Positions 7,226 to 16,579 of a stretch of 64,000 bases of DNA are shown here, one piece after another. Each line of letters begins with the position of its first letter. Within the stretch, counting starts at the first letter, position 1. The notes under the pieces were generated by a model that was not told the DNA's origin, did no database searches, and saw only the letters and a list, made by a program, of their open reading frames with translations. The stretch is from the IMG/VR virus record IMGVR_UViG_3300045988_104133, positions 1 through 64,000 of that record, one strand, 5' to 3'. Both the position numbers and the translations under genes were made by a program. Source of the stretch: a virus.

Positions 7226-8110
7226 ATGGATATAGAGCAGTTAAACAAAACGCCTCATAATCAGATTTGCGATTTGGCAAGAGACAGATTCATCGAGGTG
7301 TACAATCAGAAGTTCGGAGAGGGCGGAGAAGTATTCTTCGAAGAGCAGAAGGCATTCTTCAACGAAGAACTTCTCAATGGCTCGTTCAAGGGCTATCTTG
7401 AAAAGGCTCCATCATTGAATATTCACGATGCCTTCATGAACCTGGCAATTAACGGCTTGTCTCTCGAAAAGGGAACTACGACACTCTGCTACCTCATGGG
7501 CTACAGCAACTACGACAAGAATACCCGGCAAACGAATTATACGGCCAAGATCACCTATACAGGATATGGAGAAATACTCCTTCGCCAGCGAGCCGGTCAG
7601 ATTGTTCGTTGTGACAATCCTGTAGTAGTTTACAATTGTGACGATTTTCGTTTCGGTGAGCGAGACGGTCATAAGTACGTTGATTACGCAAAGACTTATC
7701 CTCGACCTGAAAATTCATACATCGTTGCTTGTTACGTGAAGATTATTCTTCCGAACAATGCCTACGATTACTTCGTTCTTGACCGCGAAGGTATCGACCG
7801 TCTCCGTACGTATTCGGAGAAGTTCGGAGGCAAAGACCACAAAGCCAACGCTCTTTACGGCGGAAACTATGTCGGGAACGATGGTAGAACGTATTTCAGA
7901 GATATCGACACAGGCTTCCTTATCTCGAAGACATGCAAGCATGCGTTCAAGGGCTATCCTAAACTGAAGGTCGGTCTTGGCGCTCTTTTGCAGGCCGACA
8001 TCGATATGCAGACTCAGCAGAAACCGTCTCAGGAAGCCTTTGGCGCCGGAGATACCACACCGGAAGAAAAAGGCGTCAAGGTAAAGGTTGACAGTGATTC
8101 ACCATTTTAA
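7226..8110 (+). CDS. RecT-like single-strand annealing protein (tentative)
   Basis: The size and the central pattern (LCYLMGY...ITYTGYGEILLRQRAGQIVRCDNPVVVYNCDDFRF) resemble the RecT family. The gene sits upstream of a PD-(D/E)xK nuclease. Confidence 0.5.
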   Translation: MDIEQLNKTPHNQICDLARDRFIEVYNQKFGEGGEVFFEEQKAFFNEELLNGSFKGYLEKAPSLNIHDAFMNLAINGLSLEKGTTTLCYLMGYSNYDKNTRQTNYTAKITYTGYGEILLRQRAGQIVRCDNPVVVYNCDDFRFGERDGHKYVDYAKTYPRPENSYIVACYVKIILPNNAYDYFVLDREGIDRLRTYSEKFGGKDHKANALYGGNYVGNDGRTYFRDIDTGFLISKTCKHAFKGYPKLKVGLGALLQADIDMQTQQKPSQEAFGAGDTTPEEKGVKVKVDSDSPF

Positions 8111-8121
8111 AATTGTTATAT

Positions 8122-9591
8122 ATGGCAGAAAATACAGAATTGCAGTTGGTACAACAACAAGCCAACAATATTACAAGACAGATTGCAACGCTAAAATCTG
8201 ATACGGAAAATGCGGTGCAAGCCAACAGGAAATCTTATGAGGCATGCGTGAATGCAGGTGAGTCTCTGTTGTTTGATATTGGCGTATCCGGAATGAACGA
8301 TGCTCTTGACGAGAGAGCCGCTGAGTTTATCAAGAAAGCTAAACTGACAGAGAAAGCAATGACGGAGAAACGAAAGGGTGTTACCCAAGTGTTCGACATT
8401 GTCCGTAAGGGTTTTACTATGATGGAGAACCTTATCTCTATCAAGAACACCGATTCTGTTGTCTATAAGATTCAGGAGAAACGCAACGAGTATGCGGCAT
8501 ACAAGCTTGAACAGCAGCGTAAGGCTGAGCAGGAACGTCTGCGCCAGGAGCGCATCAAGGAGGCCAAGATTAAGTTGAAGACTGATACGATTGATATCTT
8601 GAACAATCTCCTTACAGAGCATTCTTCTGCTGCTATCAACTCACTTAATAATTCGTTCTCTCTTCTCACCCTTGACAACAAGGATGAAGTTAAGAAACGT
8701 ATTACAGAGTGTTCTGATGTTCTTGACCTCGGACATCTGTTCGTTAATAACAAGCCTTCATACTCTTCCGAAATTGAGGAAAATGATGCAAAGGATATTA
8801 TGAACGGCGCATACAAGGAGATTTCCGCATCGTTGCTTGCATCTTATAAGCAGACCGTAAATGCTACACGTGATGAGCTTCTTATGAAGTTTGATTCTAA
8901 GATTGCTGAACTTCTTGAAATCAAGAAGGCAGAAGAGGAGCGTAAGCGCAAAGAGGAGGAAGCTCGCAAGGCTGAAGAGGAGCGTAAGCGCAAAGAGGAG
9001 GAAGCACGTAAGGCTGCTGAGGAAGAGCGCAAGAAGCAGGAGGAGATTCAGTGTATCAAGGACGAGGAGGAGCGCAAGCGCAAGGAGGCAGAGCGGAAAG
9101 CTGCCGAGGCTGAACGCAAGGCAAAGGAAGCCGAGCTGAAGGCTGCTGAGGAAGAGTGCAAACGTAAGGAAGCAGAAGCTGCCGCTGCTGAGGCTGAACG
9201 CAAGGCTAAGGAAGAGGCTATCCGTAAGGCTGATGAGGCTGCTAAGGAAGAGCAGCAGAGAAAGCTTGCGGCTGAGCAGGAGAAGCGTGATGCAGAAAAT
9301 GCAGCCCAGCACGCTACCGCACAGGCTCAGTCGCTCTTTGCCCAGACTTCCGTTGGAGAAACCGGTAAGCAGAAAATCAAGGTAACGAAACGTCTTGTTG
9401 TTACCGACAAGAATGCCTGGCTCGACATCATCCAGCAGTGGTGGACGATTGAAGGCTCCAAGATGGCTCCAGACAAACTTGCTTCTAAGTTGGAATTCAT
9501 GCGCAAGGCTTGCGAGAAACACGCAAACAGCGAAGAAGAGTATATCGTTTCTCCTTATATTAAATATGAGGATGAGGTAACGGCTAAGTAA
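8122..9591 (+). CDS. Coiled-coil protein with E/R/K-rich repeat core
   Basis: Long ORF. ATG at 8122 is preferred to the TTG at 8113. The centre is (A)EEERKRKEEEARK repeats. Confidence 0.65.
   Translation: MAENTELQLVQQQANNITRQIATLKSDTENAVQANRKSYEACVNAGESLLFDIGVSGMNDALDERAAEFIKKAKLTEKAMTEKRKGVTQVFDIVRKGFTMMENLISIKNTDSVVYKIQEKRNEYAAYKLEQQRKAEQERLRQERIKEAKIKLKTDTIDILNNLLTEHSSAAINSLNNSFSLLTLDNKDEVKKRITECSDVLDLGHLFVNNKPSYSSEIEENDAKDIMNGAYKEISASLLASYKQTVNATRDELLMKFDSKIAELLEIKKAEEERKRKEEEARKAEEERKRKEEEARKAAEEERKKQEEIQCIKDEEERKRKEAERKAAEAERKAKEAELKAAEEECKRKEAEAAAAEAERKAKEEAIRKADEAAKEEQQRKLAAEQEKRDAENAAQHATAQAQSLFAQTSVGETGKQKIKVTKRLVVTDKNAWLDIIQQWWTIEGSKMAPDKLASKLEFMRKACEKHANSEEEYIVSPYIKYEDEVTAK
8929..9012. 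repeat. 42-bp in-frame tandem repeat (2 near-identical units, further degenerate units downstream)
   Basis: Units 8929-8970 and 8971-9012 differ at only a few positions. Confidence 0.85.
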
Positions 9592-9592
9592 T

Positions 9593-10273
9593 ATGGCGGA
9601 ACAACCGTTTGACCCTTATTATTCTCGTGGTGAGGTCTCCAATTCGGACCTCACTGCGTTGAAATTTGCCCTGAACCCGCAGCTCAACTTCGTAAAGGAA
9701 GAGGACAAGAGAAAGGCTTTCCATCTCGGAACTCTCGTTGACGCTCTCGTTACCGAACCAGAAAAGTGCAATCATTACGCCATGACGGTCGATGACGAGA
9801 AATATACGGAGAAGGATTGGAAATGGGGGCTAGACCGGCTTGCTGTTCTGAAGAAACAGGCAACGAAGGATAGGTTCCTTGATTTCGTCCTGAAGAATGC
9901 GGTCGGTCAGAAAACATTCATCAATCCGCATATGAAGATGGAATACCAGGGCTTCGAGTTCGAGCTTCCTGTACGCTGCAAGTTTGACTGGTGGCTCGGC
10001 GAGTTCGGCGGTGATTTGAAGACTACCGCAGCTACGTCACAAGAACAATTTGAAGCTCAGATTGATTTCGTGGACTGGGATAGAAGCCGAGCGTGGTACA
10101 TGGATCTTACGCACAGTTTAGACCCAAGATACGGAAACATGGACTTTATCTTTGCGGTCTCCAAGACCAAGAAGAAAGTATTCTACAAGAAGATTGAACG
10201 TGGTGACGAGTTGTATTTGCGTGGTAGGGAGAAGGCTCTTGAGTGGGCTTTCCGCATGTGGTGTTTATTATAA
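9593..10273 (+). CDS. PD-(D/E)xK (Cas4/RecB-like) nuclease, probable recombination exonuclease
   Basis: HLGTLVDALVTEPEK and KFDWW...GGDLKTT fit the G..H / D...(D/E)xK(T) motifs. The gene is adjacent to the RecT-like gene. Confidence 0.55.
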   Translation: MAEQPFDPYYSRGEVSNSDLTALKFALNPQLNFVKEEDKRKAFHLGTLVDALVTEPEKCNHYAMTVDDEKYTEKDWKWGLDRLAVLKKQATKDRFLDFVLKNAVGQKTFINPHMKMEYQGFEFELPVRCKFDWWLGEFGGDLKTTAATSQEQFEAQIDFVDWDRSRAWYMDLTHSLDPRYGNMDFIFAVSKTKKKVFYKKIERGDELYLRGREKALEWAFRMWCLL

Positions 10274-10282
10274 TTTATTATT

Positions 10283-11683
10283 ATGTCAGATAAACCGAAA
10301 TTATACGATTATCAAGAAGAAGGTGTGCGCATGGAGCTTGCTATGAAACGCTGTATCAATGGCGATGACATGGGAACCGGTAAAACGGTTCAGTCTATCG
10401 TCGCCATTGAACGTGCAAAGGCAACTCCTTGCCTTGTTGTTTGCCCTGCTGCACTTAAGGTTAATTGGGAACGAGAGATAAAGAAGTTTACGAACCTCCG
10501 GCCTCTCATTCTTACCGATTCCGTCAATGCGACATACGGATATCATCTTACTAAGATGAACCTGTATGATGTAGTGATATGTAATTATGAATCGCTTGCA
10601 AAATATTTTGTCGTAAGCCTCGGGCCAAAGCCGTTACGACTGAACAACTTCCTGTTCCGTGATGAACTGAAGATTATTAAGTCAGTGATTATCGACGAGT
10701 CTGCAAGAGTCAAGGATCCGTCCACAAGGCAGTCTAAAATCATCATGGGATTGTGCCAGGGTAAGGAGTATATCTATGAGCTTACAGGTACGCCCGTTGT
10801 AAATCACGCAACAGACCTGGCCTGCCAGCTTGCTATCCTCGGTCGCCTGAACGACGAGTTCGGAGGTTTTGGTGAGTTCTGCAACAGGTACGGTGAGAAT
10901 GAGAATCTTGAAGAGCTTAATCGGAAGATACACGAAACATGTTACTTCCGCAGAGAGAAGAAAGATGTCCTCAAGGATTTGCCGGATCTGACCAGGACAA
11001 CCATCAGTGTTGCCCTCGACCCAGATACACAGGAAGAGTACGATACCTGCCAGAAAGACCTGCTCACGTTCCTTCTCGAATACAAGAGCTGCTCCGAGGA
11101 AGAGGCTAGGAAAAAGCTTAGAATGAAGGCTCTTGTCAGGTTTATGAACCTTCGCTCGATATCCGGGCGAGGGAAGATGAAGGCGACGATAGAGTTCCTT
11201 CATGATACCGAAGAACAGATAATCGTGTTCGCCGAGCATCGTGATGTCGTTAGTGCAATCAAGAAAGAGTTTCCTGACGAGGTTTGCACCGTAACCGGCT
11301 CTGATAGTCAGCAGCAGAAACAATGGGCTATCGATTCTTTTCAGGCTAGGAAAAAGAGAATCATCATCTGCTCCATCAAGGCAGCAGGCGTAGGCCTTAC
11401 GCTTACGGCTTCTTCCAATGTGGTGTTCGTCGAGCTCCCATGGACGATGGCGGACTTGTCGCAGTGTGAATGCCGTGCCTATCGTAACGGTCAGAAGAAT
11501 GCGGTTACATCGTGGATTCTCATGGGTGCAAATACCATCGACGGCTATCTTTATAGCTTGATTATGCAGAAAGGCTCAATAGCATCAAAGGTTACGGGCG
11601 AACAGGACTCCGCTATCAAGGATGCAGCCTACTTTGATGAGTTGGCCGATTTGGTTTTACAAAATTCTTTAAATAAAAAATAA
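10283..11683 (+). CDS. SNF2-family DEAD/H helicase
   Basis: DYQEEGV, GDDMGTGKT (Walker A), IIDESARVKD (DExx), and the helicase-C motifs GVGLTLTASSNVVFVELPW...ECRAYRNGQ. Confidence 0.85.
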   Translation: MSDKPKLYDYQEEGVRMELAMKRCINGDDMGTGKTVQSIVAIERAKATPCLVVCPAALKVNWEREIKKFTNLRPLILTDSVNATYGYHLTKMNLYDVVICNYESLAKYFVVSLGPKPLRLNNFLFRDELKIIKSVIIDESARVKDPSTRQSKIIMGLCQGKEYIYELTGTPVVNHATDLACQLAILGRLNDEFGGFGEFCNRYGENENLEELNRKIHETCYFRREKKDVLKDLPDLTRTTISVALDPDTQEEYDTCQKDLLTFLLEYKSCSEEEARKKLRMKALVRFMNLRSISGRGKMKATIEFLHDTEEQIIVFAEHRDVVSAIKKEFPDEVCTVTGSDSQQQKQWAIDSFQARKKRIIICSIKAAGVGLTLTASSNVVFVELPWTMADLSQCECRAYRNGQKNAVTSWILMGANTIDGYLYSLIMQKGSIASKVTGEQDSAIKDAAYFDELADLVLQNSLNKK

Positions 11684-12087
11684 TGGAAATTCAAGGAAAA
11701 GTTATTGCCGTTTTACCTGAAAGAAGCGGCGTCTCTGCAAGAGGTGAGTGGAAGTCTCAGACTTATGTGATAGAAACACAAGAGCAATATCCTAAGAAGA
11801 TGGCCTTTGATGTTTTCGGAGCAGACCGTCTGGCTCAGTTCAACATTCATAGTGGTGAGGAAATTCTAGTTTCTTTCGATATTGATGCTCACGAGTATCA
11901 GGGCCGTTGGTTCAACAGCATCCGTGCATGGAATGTTACTAAGGTGTCACAACAAGCTATGGCAAGTTCTGCTAATGCTGCTGGCGTGGCAAACCCGACG
12001 AATCAGCAAAATCTGTTTCCACCTGAACAGCAGTCAGCACAGCAGCAAGCACAGCAACGAGGGAGCTCTGATGACCTTCCATTCTAA
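11683..12087 (+). CDS. DUF3127 OB-fold protein with SSB-type acidic C-terminal tip (DDLPF)
   Basis: MEIQGKVIAVLPERSGVSARGEWKSQTYVIETQEQYPKKMAFDVFG...VSFDIDAHEYQGRWFNSIRAWNV fits the DUF3127 pattern. The tail is Q/A-rich and ends in SSDDLPF. Confidence 0.75.
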   Translation: MEIQGKVIAVLPERSGVSARGEWKSQTYVIETQEQYPKKMAFDVFGADRLAQFNIHSGEEILVSFDIDAHEYQGRWFNSIRAWNVTKVSQQAMASSANAAGVANPTNQQNLFPPEQQSAQQQAQQRGSSDDLPF

Positions 12088-12108
12088 TCAAACGAGCATT
12101 CAACGCTT

Positions 12109-12549
12109 ATGTGGTTCAACCTGAAAAATGTGTTTGAACTTGAAACGTTTAGGAAAAAAGTAGCCGAGTTGGAGAATAAAGGCGCGATGGTAGAGCTGAA
12201 AGAAAAACGTGGACGTTCTTTGAAGCAGAATGCCTATCTTCATTTGCTTCTATCTGCATTCGGCCTCCAATACGGCTACACTCTAGACGAAGTTAAGACG
12301 CATTTCTATAAGCTGGTAGTGAACAAAGATATATTCCTCAGAGAAGGGATTGATAAATTAACAGGAGAATGCTATAAGTATCTTCGTTCTTCTGCTGACC
12401 TTACGAAAGACGAAATGAGCAAATCAATTTCTGATTTCAAATCGTGGGCAAAAGAGGAAGCTGGATTTGATTTTCCTGATTCTGATGAATATATCGCACT
12501 ACTTCATATTCAACATGATATAGAAAGACAACAAAATTACATACAATAA
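12109..12549 (+). CDS. NinB/Orf-like recombination mediator (tentative)
   Basis: RSLKQNAYLH resembles the lambda NinB RSLDQNRKLW motif. Size is similar at 146 aa. Confidence 0.4.
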   Translation: MWFNLKNVFELETFRKKVAELENKGAMVELKEKRGRSLKQNAYLHLLLSAFGLQYGYTLDEVKTHFYKLVVNKDIFLREGIDKLTGECYKYLRSSADLTKDEMSKSISDFKSWAKEEAGFDFPDSDEYIALLHIQHDIERQQNYIQ

Positions 12550-12553
12550 GCTT

Positions 12554-12961
12554 ATGATGTTACCAATTAATATACGTCAGAAGTCTAGCGAGTTGTTTCC
12601 TCATGACGCAGAGAAACAGAAAATCTTTTGTATGGGTGCAGCGTTCTCGTTAGGCAAAGATTTATCAGACTTTGAGGAAGAAGGGCAGCAGGAGGAGATT
12701 TACCCTTGCCAGGAAGCTCTCGATATGTGGCTTGCTTACAAGAAAGAGAAACGGCAGAAATATCAACCTCGTGGACTCGCGGCTCTTAAAAAGAAGCTTT
12801 TAAAGATGTCGAGCGGAAATCCAGAATACGCAAAGGTTATCGTTGAGCATTCCATGGGAAACAACTATTCCGGGTTGTACGCTCCTAAAAATAATGGTGT
12901 AAACAGTTATGAACAACAGCAACGAACTTTCAACAAAATTAGTTCAATCCTTACCGACTGA
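12554..12961 (+). CDS. Hypothetical protein
   Basis: 135-aa ORF. Confidence 0.5.
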   Translation: MMLPINIRQKSSELFPHDAEKQKIFCMGAAFSLGKDLSDFEEEGQQEEIYPCQEALDMWLAYKKEKRQKYQPRGLAALKKKLLKMSSGNPEYAKVIVEHSMGNNYSGLYAPKNNGVNSYEQQQRTFNKISSILTD

Positions 12962-13574
12962 ATGTAGCCAAGCGGTAGCAAAATACGGCAAACAATATGC
13001 GCTATTCTTAGACAAATATCCTACTCTGCAAAATCGAACGGACAAAATTACTTCTGTATATGATTCTGTCGCTAGAGGCGGTATGTCCTTTGTCGAGATT
13101 GATAAATACTTCAAAGATGGTGCAAGCGAGTTCTGGATTAAGATGATGCTCATCGACTTGTTTATGGTTATTGGAGCTATCGACGTAACTACTCCTTATC
13201 AGTTCAAGGCGATCGCTCAGCGTATCAGGCAAGAATACTATCACCTTACGCCTAGTGAGCTTACTAGATTCTTCTACGAGTTTTCTATGGGCAAGGTTGG
13301 CGAAATCTATGTAGGAAAGACATTGAATCCTCAAAAACTTTTTATTGCTCTCGAAAAATACATGAAGAAACTCTATGAAAAGAGAGCTGAAGTTTATTCT
13401 CAAGAGTTAGCTGAGAAACAAAAGAAAGAAGATGAGGAATCTAGAAGAAAAGCAATATCCTACGAAGAATATTGTCGCTTAAATGGTGTTGATATTGAAA
13501 AATCACCTCTTGAAAAGCTAAAGAGAAAACTTGAAAAAGAATCAAAACGAGGCAAAAATGGCAGACGTAAGTAA
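12909..13574 (+). CDS. Hypothetical protein (start uncertain; 53-nt overlap with upstream gene)
   Basis: 221-aa ORF with a basic C-terminus. Confidence 0.5.
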   Translation: MNNSNELSTKLVQSLPTECSQAVAKYGKQYALFLDKYPTLQNRTDKITSVYDSVARGGMSFVEIDKYFKDGASEFWIKMMLIDLFMVIGAIDVTTPYQFKAIAQRIRQEYYHLTPSELTRFFYEFSMGKVGEIYVGKTLNPQKLFIALEKYMKKLYEKRAEVYSQELAEKQKKEDEESRRKAISYEEYCRLNGVDIEKSPLEKLKRKLEKESKRGKNGRRK

Positions 13575-13575
13575 A

Positions 13576-13680
13576 ATGGCAGAGGAATGGCTTAGCGAGC
13601 ATCCTGATGCGACAAAGAAAGAAATATGGATGGCCGGTTATTGGAAATCTACCGATAACTGGTGCAACCGAACCAAATGA
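13576..13680 (+). CDS. Micro-ORF (34 aa)
   Basis: ATG lies 2 nt after the upstream stop. Its stop overlaps the next ATG (ATGA), which suggests coupling. Confidence 0.3.
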   Translation: MAEEWLSEHPDATKKEIWMAGYWKSTDNWCNRTK

Positions 13681-13973
13681 ATTTTAGAATTATGACACAG
13701 AAAGAACGTATTGAGAACGCAACCACAAAACAGGCGGTAGTATTCATAGGAATCTACTCTTGGGTTATCATAAGAAACCTAGGAAGAGCAATCAACAAGG
13801 CAGTTCACAAGCTGCCTTGGTTGTTCATCGTGATAACGGTAGTAATATCATTCATCGTCAGCTTTGTCTTTATCTCTAAGGCTAGAGCTGAACGAGACAG
13901 CTACAATCAGAAGTTAGTTCACGCAACACAGCAGCTCGATAGCTTCTATGCTGCATACGGAAACATTAAATAA
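13677..13973 (+). CDS. Single-pass membrane protein
   Basis: TM segment LPWLFIVITVVISFIVSFVFI. ATG at 13677 is preferred to the GTG at 13662. Confidence 0.55.
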   Translation: MNFRIMTQKERIENATTKQAVVFIGIYSWVIIRNLGRAINKAVHKLPWLFIVITVVISFIVSFVFISKARAERDSYNQKLVHATQQLDSFYAAYGNIK

Positions 13974-13981
13974 AAGTAAAT

Positions 13982-14140
13982 ATGAAGAGATACAAACATA
14001 CAATAGTGATGATCCTGCTCGTTATTGTAGCTCTCATCGCAGGCTACGGATTCATCTGCTTCATGGTTGAACACATTTTCCTTTCGTTTCTGATGCTATT
14101 CTGTATCAGCTGCGCATTGGCAGTAAAGAAGGAGGTGTAG
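13982..14140 (+). CDS. Small two-TM membrane protein (52 aa)
   Basis: MKRYKHTIVMILLVIVALIAGYGFICFMVEHIFLSFLMLFCISCALAVKKEV. It fills the gap between flanking genes. Confidence 0.4.
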   Translation: MKRYKHTIVMILLVIVALIAGYGFICFMVEHIFLSFLMLFCISCALAVKKEV

Positions 14141-14142
14141 GA

Positions 14143-15030
14143 ATGTCGGCATATAATTTCACACCGAAAGGAGCATTCTTCATCAACTACAAGGAGCCTG
14201 ACAGGGAAACCGTAGACCATATAACATCGCTCTATTACCTCATTATCGGTTCTCTCGCTACAATCACACAGACGGCAATCAAAGACTTACACGACAATCT
14301 CAGTGAGAGGAAGGACCTGTTTAAGCATGAGCTTAAGTATCGCATAAAGGAGGCATTCTCCCGTTCTGAGACTCTTATAGGTATATTCAAGAAGTATACT
14401 ACCGAGATTTCGCAGTATGAACTCTGGCTTGATATTACAGACAGCATGGAGGAAGACCTGAAGATTGATATACAGAGACTCTTCTACACGACCGATAATA
14501 TTCTTCTGAAGAACAACATCAAGGAACACAAGCTTCAGGCGTATGCATGCGTAGCCTACAACCTGTCAATCATGCTGCACGATATGTGTACGAAGTTTGA
14601 TGACGTTATGAGTGAACGCGGCATCAGTTCCGGCAGCATAAGACCTTGCGGAGAATTCATCCAGTCTATGTATGGCATGTATGCCTCGATGAGGGAGGTA
14701 GCCAGGATCCTTATACCTGATAAGGATGCTGAATACTTCAAGGAAGGTGGTCAGATTTACAGGGCTTTGCAGGTGGTTGCAATGAAGGTATGCAATCCGG
14801 AAAGGATAGACAAAGCTGCCGACGAAGGACTGAAGCTTAATGGCGTTGACTATCATGGTGAAGAACATCAGAATAACGCATTCCTTCCTTGGAACGGCAT
14901 CCAGGTTAACTTCCTGTCACGTAACTTTGACAAGATGTCTGATGAAGAGCTCGCGAAGGCTCTAGGAAGATCTGTTGGTGCAGTAAAGGCAAAAATGAGA
15001 CAACTAAAACTAAAACGCAATAACGATTAG
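14143..15030 (+). CDS. Hypothetical protein with C-terminal HTH-like segment (possible transcription regulator)
   Basis: The C-terminus MSDEELAKALGRSVGAVKAKMRQLKLKR resembles sigma-70 region 4/LuxR-type HTH. Confidence 0.5.
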   Translation: MSAYNFTPKGAFFINYKEPDRETVDHITSLYYLIIGSLATITQTAIKDLHDNLSERKDLFKHELKYRIKEAFSRSETLIGIFKKYTTEISQYELWLDITDSMEEDLKIDIQRLFYTTDNILLKNNIKEHKLQAYACVAYNLSIMLHDMCTKFDDVMSERGISSGSIRPCGEFIQSMYGMYASMREVARILIPDKDAEYFKEGGQIYRALQVVAMKVCNPERIDKAADEGLKLNGVDYHGEEHQNNAFLPWNGIQVNFLSRNFDKMSDEELAKALGRSVGAVKAKMRQLKLKRNND

Positions 15031-15041
15031 GAGGTGTAATT

Positions 15042-15227
15042 ATGGAAGATTTATCTATAGGATCAGAAATCGTTTTGAAGGTGGTTGAGAAAAAAGAATT
15101 TGAATGTACTGGTTGCTTCTTTGACGAGATAAGCAGCAATATTTATGAAAATGTCTGCAAAGATTTTTGTTGTGCCGCAATCAATCGAAAAGACAAAAAG
15201 AATATTCAATTTATAAGAGTGAAATAA
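15042..15227 (+). CDS. Cys-rich small protein (CxxC...C...CC)
   Basis: 61-aa ORF containing ECTGCFFDE...VCKDFCC. Confidence 0.45.
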   Translation: MEDLSIGSEIVLKVVEKKEFECTGCFFDEISSNIYENVCKDFCCAAINRKDKKNIQFIRVK

Positions 15228-15229
15228 TC

Positions 15230-15583
15230 ATGGTAGACGATAAGAAAATAAAAGCTGCTGCTAATAAGCATATTGAGACAGAGTATGCTAGATACAATAG
15301 TGGCAAGGTTGAGGATGAAATGATTTGTCTTAGGGGCAAAGATAGCTTCAAAGAAGGTGCTAAGTGGGCTATCAATGAGTTCTTGAAGGACTTGTGGCAT
15401 CAAACAAATAAAGAGCCAGAAGGATATGATGAATGGATATTGCTGCACTATAGTGTAGGTAACTATTATTCATTAGCCCAAGTCAAAGAATTCAAGTCTT
15501 GGAAAGGATTTGTTGAGAAAATGCCTATAGACGGGTGGCTCTATGTTGATGATTTATTCTCAAAGGAAGGAGGTAATCAATGA
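15230..15583 (+). CDS. Hypothetical protein
   Basis: An internal ATG at 15230 lies 2 nt after the upstream stop. The 15167 start would overlap the upstream gene. Confidence 0.5.
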   Translation: MVDDKKIKAAANKHIETEYARYNSGKVEDEMICLRGKDSFKEGAKWAINEFLKDLWHQTNKEPEGYDEWILLHYSVGNYYSLAQVKEFKSWKGFVEKMPIDGWLYVDDLFSKEGGNQ

Positions 15584-15741
15584 AAATATTTATCTTTGAT
15601 GTTATGCTCGACGGAAGATTCATCTGCACGTTAAAGTATAAATATTGTGCGCTCTTCCCGATAGATTTTGAAGATTTAGAGAAGTTCGTCCTCCAAAAGA
15701 GACCTACTTTGAAAGGCAAGGATTTTATAATAGTGTTTTGA
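15580..15741 (+). CDS. Micro-ORF (53 aa)
   Basis: ATGA overlap with the upstream stop. Sequence begins MKIFIFDVMLDGRFICTLKYKYCALFP. Confidence 0.35.
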   Translation: MKIFIFDVMLDGRFICTLKYKYCALFPIDFEDLEKFVLQKRPTLKGKDFIIVF

Positions 15742-15743
15742 TT

Positions 15744-16028
15744 ATGAAACAGAAATTATTAAGTATCAAATATAGGTTAGTTGCTTTGTGGTGGTTCTTA
15801 ACAAGAAAGAACTACTACCTTCTGTCATACAATGGCAGAGTAGGTAAGACATTGGAAAGCACTAATATTGTAATTCCCGAGTTCATTGAATGGGTAAGAA
15901 AGAAGCATGGTGTGCCTACAAATCATGAGATAATCATGGAGTTGAAGAATATTGGTAACATCTGTAGAAGTACAGATATTCTTGCATATAATGAGATTAA
16001 GGTATTGATTGAGAAACTTGAAAAGTAA
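15744..16028 (+). CDS. Hypothetical protein
   Basis: ATG at 15744 is preferred to the TTG at 15738. Confidence 0.5.
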   Translation: MKQKLLSIKYRLVALWWFLTRKNYYLLSYNGRVGKTLESTNIVIPEFIEWVRKKHGVPTNHEIIMELKNIGNICRSTDILAYNEIKVLIEKLEK

Positions 16029-16033
16029 AGCGT

Positions 16034-16576
16034 ATGTTGTACGAAGCAAAACAGGGAAGTAAGGCTTATGGATACATTAAGAGTATTCTCGATGCAGAAT
16101 TTGAAGAGCATCAAGCCTACATGAAAAGAGTAGAAGAAGCCGTAGGTTTCAAATTTGAAAAATATCAGGGCTATCAGCCTAACAGAACTCTCACAAGAGA
16201 GTACGAGATTACCGCTATATGGGTTCTTTCTGAGCGTTACGATACGTTAGATAAGAAGGTGTGGAAGAAGGTAGACGGTGTAAAATTGGAGGACGGTTAC
16301 TATATGGCTATTGCGCCTAACAAGCGTAGTAAGCAAGGCAAGGCAATAGCCTCCGTTCTTCTCTCCTATAAATCAGTTGCTAACCATTTCAAGGTAATGA
16401 AGGAACTGAATATAGAAGTCTCTCAAGCTAGCCGTTTCTCTATTACTCAGTTACTCCGTCACAAAGACCGTATTTTCGTTTACTTCGATGATAGTATTAG
16501 AGCTGAGAAGCAAAATCAAGACTTCGTGGAAATCACGATAGGTGAATATGAGGATTTCGTTAATAAAAAGGACTAA
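16034..16576 (+). CDS. Hypothetical protein
   Basis: 180-aa ORF. Confidence 0.55.
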   Translation: MLYEAKQGSKAYGYIKSILDAEFEEHQAYMKRVEEAVGFKFEKYQGYQPNRTLTREYEITAIWVLSERYDTLDKKVWKKVDGVKLEDGYYMAIAPNKRSKQGKAIASVLLSYKSVANHFKVMKELNIEVSQASRFSITQLLRHKDRIFVYFDDSIRAEKQNQDFVEITIGEYEDFVNKKD

Positions 16577-16579
16577 GCT

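Noticed and set aside
8758-9522. 254-aa minus-strand ORF, and similar long antisense ORFs (40029..40601, 44489..45112, 53506..54135, 54903..55577, 57993..59294)
   Set aside because: These are shadows of repeat-rich or long genes on the opposite strand. They have low-complexity Leu/Ser-rich translations and no independent signals.
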